A stretch of 64,000 nucleotides of DNA, taken from the NCBI GenBank assembly GCA_047967505.1, contig CM106538.1; one strand, written 5' to 3'. Shown here one piece after another: positions 24,826-38,002 of the stretch. The number at the start of each line of letters is the position of its first letter. Within the stretch, counting starts at the first letter, position 1. The notes under the pieces were generated by a model. The model saw only the letters and a program-made list of their open reading frames with translations. It searched no databases and was not told the DNA's origin. Origin of the DNA: Dipteris shenzhenensis (Eukaryota). A program made the translations under genes and the position numbers.

Positions 24826-27735
24826 TGTCGGGATAAATGTGATCAAGGCCTTACTCTAAGGTGCATGTGTGCATCTAGGGGAGTCACATGTGTGTGTGTA
24901 TAGTAGTAGAAGCACACCTAGTGCTATGAGGTGTCTAGACCATGGCATAAGTAATGATGTAAAGCAAAGGCCCCCACATGGGAGGTTCCTATGATTTGGG
25001 AGTTCCTATGATGTAGGTGTTGATTGCCACTCGTGTAGGGGAGGTGCCTATGATCTAGGACACCTTCCTCTCCATTCTATATAAGGGAGGTCCTCCCTTC
25101 ATTTCAATACACTTGATTTTGCGTTCACTTTTGCTCTTCCTTTGTGTCATTATGCACCTCTTCTATCCCACTCATCTCTTCATTTGGTATCAGAGCTTAT
25201 AGGTTCTAGAGAATCCACTTTGAAAGTGCCACCTTATCATCTTCTCCATCACCTCCATTTTTGAAGCTCCCTCTTCCTTTCTCTTCATATTTTGCTAAGC
25301 TCCATTCTCCTCATCCATTGCGCCTTTTGCCAAACCCTGTGAACCAAAGTTTCTTCCCCTTGGGGCGCACCTCTGGCTCAAAGCATTCCCTAACATATCG
25401 TCTCTGTTGCGTGTACCAACACTCTCTGTCCTCTGTGAGACTGTTAGCAAACTTCCACCTCTATAGAACAAATGACAACCTGCCCTTCAAGCACGAGTTA
25501 GGCAATGCTAAGAGCTTGCTCTCCGTGAAATCTGAGCCCATTTGGTCCAGTGGTTGCTGAGAATTTAGCAAAAGACCAGTCTGCATTGGTGTGACTCTTA
25601 CGGGCAACGTGGCACAATTTTATGCCCCTCCTCTACTGTGCTTATTCTTTGATATAGGGACTTCATTCCAGCTCACAAAGCCCCAAATTTGAAGTTGTGG
25701 AGTGAGATATCAAGCCCCCAAGGTTGCTCTATTTTTTGCAAGCATTTTTTATAGTTCTTGAAGTTTGATGCTAAAGTAAATGCTAAAGTTGATGCTTGAG
25801 GTATGAAGTGGTGCTAAACTACAGTTTAGAAAATGCTCTTTCACTTTGAAGTTTAGTTGGCATTGATATCTTGTCAAAAATGCCAAGTTCTCAATGCTCT
25901 TCCAATGTTAAGCACTTGAAGAAGACTACAAGAAGGACAAAGTACAAAAGGTAAAGAAGACCCCGACTAAGAAGCTTTAGGAGAAGCCAATTGGGTATAC
26001 TTATGCTAAACAATTAGGCTTTTCTGAGTTTCTCTCTAGCAATCTACATTTATATGGTGACGGAGATTTCTTTATTAAGCAAGATTAGTCATTTTGTAAG
26101 AGAGTAGACATTGCTTGATAAAGGTAAGACCCTCTCATGGTGGCTACCTTTAAGATTGACAAGTTCAATGGCCAAGATTTTCACACTTGGCAAATGAAAA
26201 TCAAATTTGTGCTTATGAAAGAGAATTTGTGGGACTTGGTCAAGTCAGGGAATCAATCATCTCAAGGTGAATCAACCACAACCAAAGGTAAAGGGAAGAC
26301 AAGTGACTCTTCTTCAACTACACCAGCAGATGTTAAAAGGATAGAGAAAGCTTATGCAATAATTGCATTAGGTTTGGGAGATGATTATGTGCATCATATT
26401 TCAGATTTGGAATCCCCTTTTGAGGCATGGCATAAGCTGTTCAAGTATGTCTGAGAAAAGTAATCTTCTTCTCAAGACGCTTTCGAGTATGTCTGCGGAA
26501 ACCAATATTCTTTTGTTTGCAAGCCTTACCGCACGGCCTCCGAAGGCTTCACATGGTGGGGGATGGCTTGAACTTAAGATGGATGGAGACAATGTTGTAG
26601 CTCGTGCTAATACTTTGAGGAGTCTTATGACACAATTGGCCTCAATCAACTCTCCTGTTACTAAAGATGATGCTATGGCTATGCTCTTGAAGAGTATGCC
26701 TCAAGACTATGATTATGTTATGACTACCTTGAAGAATCTTCCCCGACCCACACTGGAGGGCATCATCAGTGCTTTACAAGAGGAGTAGAGAAAGAACACT
26801 TCAAGAATGGGTAAAGTGCACACATAAGCACTTGTAGTAAAGTTTTCATCAAAGAGCAAGTACAAGGCATGCAAGCATTGTGGGAAAAACAATCATCTTG
26901 AGAAGGATTGTTATAAAATCAACCCTTGCACCTATTGTGGCAAGAACAATCATTCAAAGAAGTTTTGCAATGAGAAGAAGAAAAACATGACAAATCTGGT
27001 TGAAGAGAGAACTCCATCAACAAATGAACAATCAAACTTTGTGGTAAAAGACAAAGACTATGCCTTTTGAGCACTTTGTCTTTTGAAATTTTATTTATCA
27101 TCACTTGGTCAATTTTGAGGTTCTCTGCCTGGAGTAGTACTCCAAAAAGAATGTTATGTAATTTGTCTTTTGCAAATCACCTTTGGTCACCATATAATGT
27201 AGGGCATGTGATATGTGTTTGATCTATTCCATTTTTGTAAACCTTGACCCTTGGGCACTTTTGCTAGCATGAGATCCTAGCCATAGATTTATCCTTGACC
27301 ACCATGAGATGGCATGAGAAACTATGTGACTAGATGTATCCTTGACATAGCAAGAGCCAAACCCTTGAAGGGGGGTACGTTGGGATAAATGTCATCAAGG
27401 GCTTTCTCTAAGGTGGATGTGTGCACCTAGGGGACTCACATGTGTGTGTGTGTGTGTAGTAGAAGCACACCTAGTGCTATGAGGCGTCTAGACCACGACA
27501 TAAGTGATGATGTAATGCAAAGGCCCCCACATGGGAGGTTCCTTTGATTTGGGAGTTCCTATGATGTAGGGGCGGATTGCCACTGATGTAGGGGAGGTGC
27601 CTATGACCTAGGACACCTTCCTCTCCATTCTATATAAGGGAGGTTCTCCCTTCATTTCAATACACTTGATTTTGCCTTCACTTGTGCTCTTCCTTTGTGT
27701 CATTATGCACCTCTTCTATCCCACTCATCTCTTCA
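24826..27735 (+). mobile_element. Gag-only non-autonomous copia-type LTR element (TR-GAG-like), copy A
   Basis: LTRs 24826-25182 and 27378-27735. TSD CTACC at 24821-24825 and 27736-27740. PBS tggtatcagagc at 25185; PPT gaagggggg. gag 26137-27069 with KFNGQDFHTWQMKIKFVL and two CCHC knuckles; no pol. Confidence 0.93.
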
Positions 27736-29994
27736 CTACCTTGTACTTTACTAGATGCCTCTTCTAGTCTACATATTTCTTCATGCATCATTTGCACCTT
27801 TTCCTCTCGCATGAATGCTATCTATAGAATGCACCTACTATAGGTTTGATAGTGGCACTCATTGCCATGGATGCTAGGTTATCTAGAGTGAGTGGCTGAA
27901 AATTGCATGAGAGCTCAAAGGGAGTGAATCCTATAGACAAGTGTTGTGAACCATTGTAGAAAAACTTTGTGACATCTAGTTTCATGACCAATTGGCATCC
28001 AATCTATCTTTTGGACTCAAATGGTAGCTACTACTAAATGCTAGGTGAGTGCTAGCCATGGAGGAAATATTCCACCACCAAAAGGTCTCCATGAACCATC
28101 CATCCTAATTAGAAATTATCTTCCAAGGTGAGCCATGATACTTGATAACAATGCTAAAGAATAGTCAAGATAATTGGAAAATATCTCCATCCAACCTAAT
28201 TAGAAACTATGTCCCATGGTAAGACATGATGCTTGATAAACAATTTCAAAGAATAGTCAACGAAATGGGCATACTTGTGAGGTGATTGACTACCACAAAC
28301 ACAACCAAGTTTCTGTTACTCAAGAGCAAGGTGATGATAATATCCATGAGATGCTCCTACATTTAGTCAAAGAATCTATAATGAGATCCTCCTACAAATA
28401 GTCAAAGTTTCCATTACTCAAGAGCATGGTGGTGATGCAATCTATGAGATGCTCCTACAAATAGTCAAAGAATCTATAATAAATGCAACATTCTTGCTAG
28501 AATTTGTCAGCTTTGTCCAGAAGGAAAAGCTAACAAACGTGCACATATGCAACCATTATATTTCTTGTCCTTTTAGATATTCAACAAGGGACCAACAAAA
28601 GTACTAAGGGAGTAGGGTCGATTAACTTATCTTGACTCGGGTCCTTCCCATGCAAATTCATGATGCTCAGAGAGGATTTGCCTATGCAATCCATCAATAG
28701 TGGGGGACATACACTCTTTTTTGCTTGACCAAGAATAGTCCATTTATGACCTCCATATGCACTTGATGAGCTATTGGTTGTGTCAGAACTACTATGCTAA
28801 CTATACTCAGCATATCTAGCCTTATATCCTGTAGAAACATTGCATTTGGCAAATGTTGAATGGACAAAAGGTGGGGGTTTCCATCTCAACTCATCTGCTA
28901 TTACATTTTCCTCTTTGGCATAGAATATATGTCAATGTCAAAGGAGGCTATGATCAGGTCTCCCTACCTCATCTCGAGCTCAATAGCTCTTTGAATGACA
29001 TGGCAGATTGATGGGCCTCCAAATGATATGGCTTCTCAATAGCCTTTTGGATGTCGATTTGACTTTTGTGTGACATGTTAGCACAATATCACTTTGAATG
29101 ATGTGGCAGCTTAATAGCCCTCTAGATGAAAAAATAAATTATAGAGATCCACAGGAGGAGAAGATAAGCATGTGGCATCTAGACACTTGGCAAATGCCAA
29201 ATAGGGTGCCCTACATATTCATACATGGAAAGAAAATGGGGTGCCTAGAAATTTAACACGTGGTAGGATAAGGGCACCGCAACATTGACATATTACAGTG
29301 CCTCATCAACACCACCACATCAACTTAGTCCACGAGGCACATTCACCTCATAGTCCACATTGTACACTGCCATTTTTGCATTGCATATCATCACATTATA
29401 GCCCCATGTTAAGCTCACTTTTTCATTTTGTATATGCACTCTGCTGCTATAACACACCTTTGCTTCATAGGCACAACTCACACACTTTGCATGTGCACTT
29501 GGAATAATTTTCAAATGATCCAAAAAAGAAAAAGTGGTAGATACTTTGAGCTCTACATGGTCGTCACATCACATACAAGCTTTGATACATGCGCCTCATT
29601 CATGTGAGCTTCTACATCAGATCCACTTCATTTGCATATTGAATCTTGACCCCAACACTTTAACAAGAATCAAGAGAATAAGCTATTCGTTTCTTTCCAT
29701 TGTTGTAATGGATTATCTAGCATGAATTAGTCTATCTCTAGAGGAGATCAAACTCCACTAGGCCAATTGAGCCCTTGCCCCAAATTCACTTAAAAGGTTC
29801 CTATCAAAGTCACTCCTCTTGCTCACATCATGCAGTTTCACACTGCGCACATATTATGAAACTTGAGATAGCAATGTCACGCAGTTTGAAATGTGATGGA
29901 GGAGAGTGGCTTGATGCCAAGTTTGGGGATGCTTTAAAACTGTAGCAATTTGTGGGTACCTTGAGTGGTAAGGCCATGAGCTTGTTTAGCCCGT

Positions 29995-30717
29995 ATGGCC
30001 TGGCTCAGCTCATTTACTCCACATGTGCCTAGACCAAGAGCATCGTATAATGCAGCATCGTTGGTGTATCTCGGGGATTGCATTTATGAGGTGCTTCTTT
30101 GTCTTCTCCCCAGTCGACGGAGAAAGAATTACACGAAATTGTACTGTTGCATTGGAAAATATGTCCTCGAGTCTATTGAAGTTTGACTAGAGTAAACATC
30201 TTCTCATCTTTGTTGATGTCGTCTATAAAGGTATGCAGCTATACATGCGGTGCCATTTTCTAAACCCACCTCAGAGTATTGACAAGTATAATACCTTAGT
30301 AATGGGTCTAGTTTGCTGTGAAGCACAGGTAAGTGATTGAAGTTGTGGCTTATGTTTCGTCCCCGACTATATCAAATTCATATTTCACATGAAGGAAATC
30401 TTATGTTCAATCAAGTATAATATTTAGGCTTGCGCTCACTGATCAACATGGCTTACTATGCAGGATGCGTTTCTTAAGAGATTATTAAAAGACAATTTCC
30501 TTTCGGAAGAGGAAAGGTTTGATTCTCCACTTAATGGCAAGCGCTTTCATTTTCTGCCAACAGAATTTTGCAAGGACTTGTTTCCCTTCAAACACTTGTG
30601 GCTCATTGTACTAGGAATGTAGTTCGATGGGGAAAGAATGTCAGCATTAACCACAAGCGGGCAACCAAACGCGCTGGGACTACTGTCTACTGCAGAGCTT
30701 CATCTTTAGAAACACTT
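29995..30717 (+). pseudogene. 5'-truncated Mini-RNase III copy A (partial exon 2 to 30090; exons 30239-30328, 30464-30516, 30615-30717)
   Basis: Colinear with 53913-54613. Promoter and exon 1 are deleted; splice sites remain intact. Confidence 0.85.
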
Positions 30718-31021
30718 GTAAGTTAAAGTTTGGTTGCTGTCTACTGAACTTTTGAAACACATATTAGTTGAAACTTTTTAGAAAGAGGAGTCACACAAGG
30801 GCTGCAGTTTTGTGGCCAGAGTCAATCAGAAGTATCAAGATTAATCATGATGTAGATGTAGTGTTACTCACTAGAGTGATGGTTAGTGTGAATTTTAGAA
30901 GTATTCATTTGTATATGTGATTGTCCTATGGAGATATTTCCGATAATTGAGTGAAACCTTCTAGATGATCTTCGTGTTCAAGTAAAGAATGAGAAAATAC
31001 TAAGTTTCATATTTTATATTA

Positions 31022-31597
31022 TTATCTTAGGTATGTGTCATTAAGCGTCTTGAACACAATCCTTGCCTCTTGTGAGAGAGAGTTTACGATGCTTGGATCC
31101 CAGCTGTATATATTACAAACAGCCCAAGGAATTACCTTTACATGCACAAGACACATGCATCTAGGTGAGTCGTTAGTTGATCCATACTTATATTCAGGTA
31201 TTCGCTCAAGGAGGTAGAGAGGCATACCTCTCAATGGCTTCCAAGTATGTTTCTAGCTCTTCAGAAGATCTCAAAGGTGAGAACAGCAAGTCATGAATAG
31301 CAGCTATCAATATGACTGCCTTGACTATGGAGAGCCTTGCCCTCGAAAATTGTGGCTCGAATAAGGCACAAGCTGGCAAAAAGTACAATTCAATGGGTCT
31401 CTGTCTAAAGGGATTCAAGTCTGCAACCCTCTTTCTTTGCACCATCTAAGTCAAGAAAATGAACAATGAAGAAGCAATGCCATGCTAAAGTGATTGCAAC
31501 TAAAATGAACATAAAAGAAGCAATGTCATGCTAAAGTCATCGCAACTAATTTTTTAAAAGCTTCTAGCTTGTACTTTACCTTTGCAATTCTTGGAGT
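31022..31597 (-). pseudogene. Terpene synthase alpha-domain gene fragment, copy A (frameshifted, DD changed to HD)
   Basis: Exon 31445-31228 is 218 bp, 1 bp shorter than copy B, and reads RQRPIELYF...LFEPQFSRARL...AAIHDLLF...SEELETYLEAIE. The next exon starts at 31103 with WDPS. Confidence 0.8.
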
Positions 31598-31742
31598 GAG
31601 TATAAAAGAGAAGCATAGAACACCATCAGAGAAGTGCACTTAACCCATAGGCTAAATCCAAAGGCATTAATTGTAGCTATAAAATCTTTGCTAAAGCTCT
31701 GGCTCTGAGGATTAAAAACAGAATGGCCAAGTGGATCCTATC

Positions 31743-34700
31743 TGTTAAGCAACTAACAATCCCGAATTTCTGGGGCAATCTACCAGCTTACAGGCCAGCC
31801 AATACAGCTTACAGGCTAGCCAAAAGGCCAGCCACCTCAACCAAACAAGTGGCCAGAAAGACCAGCTTGTCTGGCCGACCAGAGTTGTGGCCGACCAGCT
31901 AGGTCTGGCCTATAAAGGCACAAGCCCCCCACACTCCTCCTGACAAGATAAGAACTGTAGCTGCTCCTCATCTTCGCCATCCTTTGCTGCAGCCCCGCCT
32001 GCTCCATCTACCTCTCCTCTTCCTCTCTACCTTCTCTCTGCCTCTCCTTCCTGCCTCCTCGTTGCTCCATCTTCTCCTCCAGATCTACCCCATCCTGCTC
32101 AAAATCTGCTCCTCTGCTCCTTCTATTAGAAAATAGGAGGGAATGAATCACTCAAACCTCCACCCAAGATCTCTCCCACTCTTTCAAGACACTCAACTTA
32201 GATAACTGATCATAGATGCAATAAACACTCACTTAGAGATAACTTAAATGGAGAGAGAGAAAGAGTGTATTCATCCACCAGATGGTGGGCAGAAACTTTC
32301 CCCAAGGGAGCAATACAAAACTTAGCCAAGTGCTGAGGAGAGCTGATGCAACTCTCTCTGTCAAACTGAACCAGCTCTGAGTGCAAAGCACAGCCTAGGA
32401 AGGAGGCTTTCTGTCCTGCATTGGATGCTTGAATGAAGGAAGGAGTGGGCCTTTTATAGGCACTGCCCAGGCCCTCTGGATTGGCCGATCAGTAGGGTTG
32501 GTACCCTGTCTGGTGGCCGACCAGACTGCCCTGGAAATTTGACCAGGGTTGGCCCTGGTCGGGCCGACTGGCCCTACCACAGGCCTCTATAAAAGGGTGC
32601 CCTATTCAGCCAGTCCGGCACTGTAGAAGCCTCTAAGGGAGGCACAGGGCTCCCCTATTTCTCTGCTGTTGTAGGTAGCAACCAGCCCGTGTGCTGGTTG
32701 CCCATGATGCCAGCCTGGGTCTCTCTTTCCCAGCCCTCCTACCTCTCACTGCCCCTTGTCCCCTCAAATCGGGGGCTCACAGGTGGGCATAGTGAGTCTC
32801 TAGCACCCTCCCTCAATGTCACAACTATGGGCCAATCCCCATGCGTTTGATGAGGTGCTCCATCTGGTTTGGAGAGAGTGCCTTCGTGAAGAGGTCGGAC
32901 AAGTTGTCGACCGTCGGGCAGTAGATAAGCTCGATCACGTCGTCGATGATGAGCTCTCAAACGAAGTGGTAATGAACTTCAATGTGCTTTGTCGGCACAT
33001 GGTACACTGGATTCTTGGCAATAGCTATGCAACTCTGATTGTCGCACATTAGCATTGTTGCATCCTCCTGACACACGTCCATGTCCTTCCAGAATCCACC
33101 TTAACCACAGTGTCTCACAAGCTGTTGTACACATGGCTCTGTACTCTGCCTCTGTAGATGAAAGGGCCACTGTGGGTTGCTTCTTACTTAGCCAAGAGAT
33201 GGCACCAGATGCAAGTAAGAAACAATACCCTGTTGTCGATCTTTTGGTGTCAGCATCACCCACCCAATCACTGTCACAGAACCCGCCTAATTCGATGCCT
33301 TTGGTGTAGGTGATCCCATAGGTGCAAGAACCCTTCAGATACCTCAGCACCCGTAAACCTACATCCCAATGAGTCTTCCTGGGAGAAGTAGAGAACTGGC
33401 ATAATAGCCCAACTGCATAACAAATATCAGGTCAAGTATTGGTAAGGTAAAACAAACTTCCTACCAATCGTCGGTACAAGGGAGTATCAACCGGCTGAGA
33501 TGTGTCGTGAACACTTAGCTTGAGCCCAACCTCCATGGAAGTTAATGCTGTCCTGCAATCCTCCATCTGAAATCTCTTCAGAAGTTCTCTGCAATATTTC
33601 TCCTGTGAAATGAAGATCCTGTCTTTGGCCTGCTTTACTTCAATCCCAAGGAAGTAATGTAATAACCCAAGGTCAGTCATCTCAAACTCAGACATGAGTA
33701 GCTCCTTGACCTATGAAATCTTCTTGACATGATCACCTGTCAAGATAAGATCATCAACATAGAGAATGAGTACCAGTCGCAATCCCTTCTCAATGAACAA
33801 GTAAAGGTTTGCCTCAGAAGGACTCCGACTAAGCCCTATCTTCTGAAAGAATATATCAATCCTTTGGTACCAAGCTCTGGGGGCCTGTTTCAGCCCGTAT
33901 AATGCCTTCTTCAACCTGCAGACCTTTAATGGGGACCCTGGATCTTGAAAGCCCATTGGCTGCTCCAGGTATACCTCCTCCTCTAGGGTTCCATTAAGGA
34001 ATGCGGACTTCACATCCATTTGAAAAATAGGCCACTGGAATTGGGCAGCAAGGGTAATCACTTTCCGGATAGTAACCATGCGGGCTGTGGGAGCAAAAGT
34101 TTCATCAAAATCCATGCCTTCAGTTTGAGCAAAACCTTTCACCACTAACCTTGCTTTATAAGCTGTCGCCTGATTTGTATTTAAGTTTGTATACCCACTT
34201 AGTGCCGATGACTTTCCGTCGCAGGGGCTTGGCCACTAAGTCCCATGTATTGTTCTTCAGGATAGCATCCATCTCTGCCTTCATGGCAGCCTACCATTCT
34301 GGATTGTCCTTCACCTCCTCGAAGGTCCTTGGCTCATCAATCTGAGCTACCAATGCAAAATTCACGGATGGGGTCTTTTGAAGACGTTGAGACCGCCGAA
34401 TCGGTGACCCGAGACTCTTTCAATGTCCGTAGGTACCATTGGGGCAACCTTTTCTGCTTCTCTGTGGGAGGAGGAATGGGAACTTCTTCTGAAACATCCT
34501 GCTCTTCCTGAGTAGCTTGTGGATTATCAGCTTCTGATTTTGCCACCTCTTGGATGGTCAACCTGGGATGGGGTAGGTTCGGGGGTTGAACAATCTCCTC
34601 CTCCTCAATCTGAGGCTCCTCCTGGGGTTCAAGTTCCTTTTCCTCGAAGACAACATCCCGACTGATAAGGATTTGCTTCTTTACTGGGTCGAAGAGGCGG

Positions 34701-35934
34701 TAGGCCTTGGATTCTTCGCTATACCCAAAGAAGATACATTTTCTACTCCGGGAATCAAGCTTGGTCCTGTCTTCCTTGTGCACATGCACCCATGCGTTAG
34801 AACCAAAAATGCGAAGATGAGTGATAGAGGGCTTCTTACCATAAAATGCCTCATATGGAGTCTTGTCCTTGACTGCCTTTGTCTTGGTCGGGTTGAGAAT
34901 GTGTACGGCTATATTGATAATAGCCCAATTGCATAACAAATATCAGGTCGAGTATTAGTAAGGTAAAACAAACTTCCTATCAATCATCGGTACAAGGGAG
35001 TATCAACCGGCTGAGATGTGTCGTGAACACTTAGCTTGAGCCCGACCTCGATGGGAGTTAATGCTGTCCTGCAATCCTCCATCTGAAATCTCTTCAAAAG
35101 TTCTTTGCAATATTTCTCCTGTGAAATGAAGATCCTGTCTTTGGCCTGCTTTACTTCAATCCCAAGGAAGTAATGTAATAACCCAAGGTCAGTCATCTCA
35201 AACTCAGACATGAGTAGCTCCTTGACCTATGAAATCTTCTTGACATGATCACCTGTCAAGATAAGATCATCAACATAGAGGATGAGTACCAGTCGCAATC
35301 CCTTCTCAATGAACAAGTAAAGATTTGCCTCAGAAGGACTCCAACTAAGCCCTATCTTCTGGATTCTTCGCTATACCCAACAAAGATACATTTTCTGCTC
35401 CGAGAATCAAGCTTGGTCCTGTCTTCCTTGTGCACATGCACCCATGCATTAGAACCAAAAGTGCGAAGATGAGTGATAGAGGGCTTCTTACCATAAAATG
35501 CCTCATATGGAGTCTTGTCCTTGACGGCCTTCGTCTTGGTCGGGTTGAGAATGTGTACGGCTGTATTGATAGCTTCACTCCAATAGGCTTTAGAAAGGCT
35601 TCTCCCTCGGAGCATAGCAAGCCCTGTCTCTGTGGTGGTTCTATGCTTCCTCTCGGCTACCCCGTTTTGCTGAGAAGTATGTGTGGTGGTGAGTTGTTGC
35701 TTGATCCCATGCTTGCGACAAAATGTGTTGAACTCAGTTGAGGTGAATTTTCCCCCCCTGTCTGTGTGGAATGTCTTGACATCCTCCCCTGTCTCCTTTT
35801 CAACTTTGGCCTTCCAGTTTTTGAACTTCTTGAAAGCCTGAGACTTTTTAGCCAAACAATATACCCAGGTCATTCTACTGAAATCATGCACAAAGAGAAG
35901 TGAGTACCTGGATCCTGCCCACGATGTTGTAGAC
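31743..35934 (-). mobile_element. Ty1/copia 3' portion, copy A: LTR ~32124-32805 plus RH/RT/INT, truncated at the duplication junction, with an adjacent related LTR fragment 31743-32123
   Basis: Motifs CDSDWVGD, LYVDDLIL, QMDVKSAFLNG, QQNGVAER; PPT gagggaggg; internal duplication at 34917-35571. Confidence 0.93.
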
Positions 35935-37090
35935 TCCAAATTGTAAATGGCACAACATACACCCTATTAACAATCGATCATTTCAGTGAATCAGTTTGCA
36001 AAACCAACAAAATTATGGATGATCCTAAGGCAACTGATGGTCGCAGAACAATTATACGCATCAAGAAAGGAATGCTTGTAGAACTATGTTCAGGCAACCT
36101 AGACCAGCATGATGGCCTTGTGAATAGAGCAAATGGAGTCTTCCAGGGAGTCACCACAATAAATAGAAAAGACATAGTCTGGATAAAGTTTGAAAATGAC
36201 AATGTGGGAAAGAAAGCAAGAATCAACAACAAAGAAGCTTACAAGTGCTATCGACATAGATCCTTGTTGCACACCAATACATCAAATTGCAAAGGAAGTG
36301 CAAATAGGTCCATAAAAAATAAGCATTCTAACAAGAGAGCAATTCCTAATACAACCTACAATGGATCGTGTGGCTTTCTCCCCTCAGAAAGTTAGAGGAC
36401 ACGGGTTAGCTTACACTACAATTTCAAGGGTTAAAATTTTTGAAAACCTTTACTTGCTAAAACCACTTAAACATGAAAACTTTCACGTGGACAAAGATGT
36501 TCTAGAAGAGATGGAAAGACTTAATACAACAAAAAGATGGCACACACTAAAAGAAGAAAACAAACCACAATTATAAACATCCAATCTTTAAATACAAGAT
36601 CATTCCAAAAATACAAACTTGACATCGAAAACACGCAATAACTTATGCAATGTGACGTCCTATGCTTACAAGAAACTAGAACACATTAATTTGAGACACT
36701 AATATTCAACACATTCAAATCAATACATGTCTTCTCATCATGCGGATTGTGCATCCTATTAAACAACACCACTCATTTGAAACAACAAATCAAACACCAA
36801 ACAAGGGAATAGAAATCATAGAAGCTCTTATTAACAAATCAAACCAAGACTACTTGATTGTAGCAATTTACAAACCACCAACCCCAATAATAACCACATT
36901 TCTTAACATGTTGGAAGATATACTAGAGCGTAACATGTACAATATACTATATAAAATAGTAGTGGGTGACTTTAATATCGACATGAACATGACAACAACA
37001 TCATCCAGAAGATTACAAACATTATGCAAAAATACAATTTCAAAATGCATATTCAAGTATCAACTACAATATACGGCAGTACTTTAGATG
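35933..37090 (+). mobile_element. Duplicated 3' part of the Helentron-type helicase/endonuclease
   Basis: Near-identical to 17226-18393. Confidence 0.9.
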
Positions 37091-37631
37091 AGATACATTG
37101 AAACAAGGTGGGGATCCCACTAAGGCCCTGCCTTTTGGAGTGTCTCATTATAAGTCTAAGTGTAAAGTAGCTTGATAGATATTTCCAATAATTTGTAAAA
37201 GGGAAATGATAGGTGTAAATTGGAAGGAAAGGAAAAGAGAAAAAACAAGTGAAGGTGAGGTGAAGGAACATGGCAAAAGGTCTATGATGGAAGAGAGGAG
37301 AGAAAAGAGGTTTGTGTGTGTGTGGTGGATGGTGGGCCATTAAGGGACGCGCCTATTTTGGCAAGAGTAATATAAAGGCTGTGTCATCCAAGAGACAAAG
37401 AGAGCCTCCATCTTTAGAGAGAAATATCGAATGAAAGACAAAAGCATTTAGGATCGGTACAAGAGGTCAAACAAAAGACAAGGACATTTAGGATCTCCAA
37501 AAGCAAACAAAAACCTTAAATCCTAAACACATTGACCAACCAAGACATCCCTTAGGACCCTTGTAGGACCAAAAACAAACTTAGGAACATCATGTGCTTA
37601 GTGGAAAACAGACCACTCCATTACAAAGCAC

Positions 37632-37953
37632 CATATGGAGGGCCTATGTGTAATTGACACCTTGTTTAAATGCTCGTCTCATGTGATGATTGCTGCTATC
37701 TCACCTTCTTTTAATAATCGTCTCATCTCATATGGAGGGCCTATGTGTCATTGACACCTTGTTTTAAAGCTAGTCTCATCTGTTGATTGTCGTCTCTCAC
37801 CTTGTTATAATGCTCGTCTCATCTGTTGATTGCTCCGCCCCTCACCCGTTGACACTCTACGCTACTTATAAAAATCTCCTTGGAGGAATCGGACGGCGAG
37901 AAGCTTGGCGACAAGAAAACTCTAACGTCGTGTGAAACTAGCCCGCTATAAAT
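37632..37953 (+). promoter_or_regulatory. Putative promoter of the secreted-protein gene (copy B)
   Basis: Same nested repeats as 18938-19160; TATAAAT at 37947-37953. Confidence 0.55.
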
Positions 37954-38002
37954 TTGCAGACTGCCTATATTTCTCAATCCCACTTCAACTGCGTTTCTCT
38001 CT

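Larger units (their letters stand above)
17226..35934 (+). repeat. Tandem segmental duplication, copy A (~18.7 kb)
   Basis: Colinear, highly similar to 35933-59771 apart from deletions and one local rearrangement. Confidence 0.95.

Noticed and set aside
28095-28480. Paired ~90-100-bp direct repeats (also 22719-22806 and 50633-50722)
   Set aside because: Only two copies each, within decayed TE DNA; ordinary local duplications with no sign of function.
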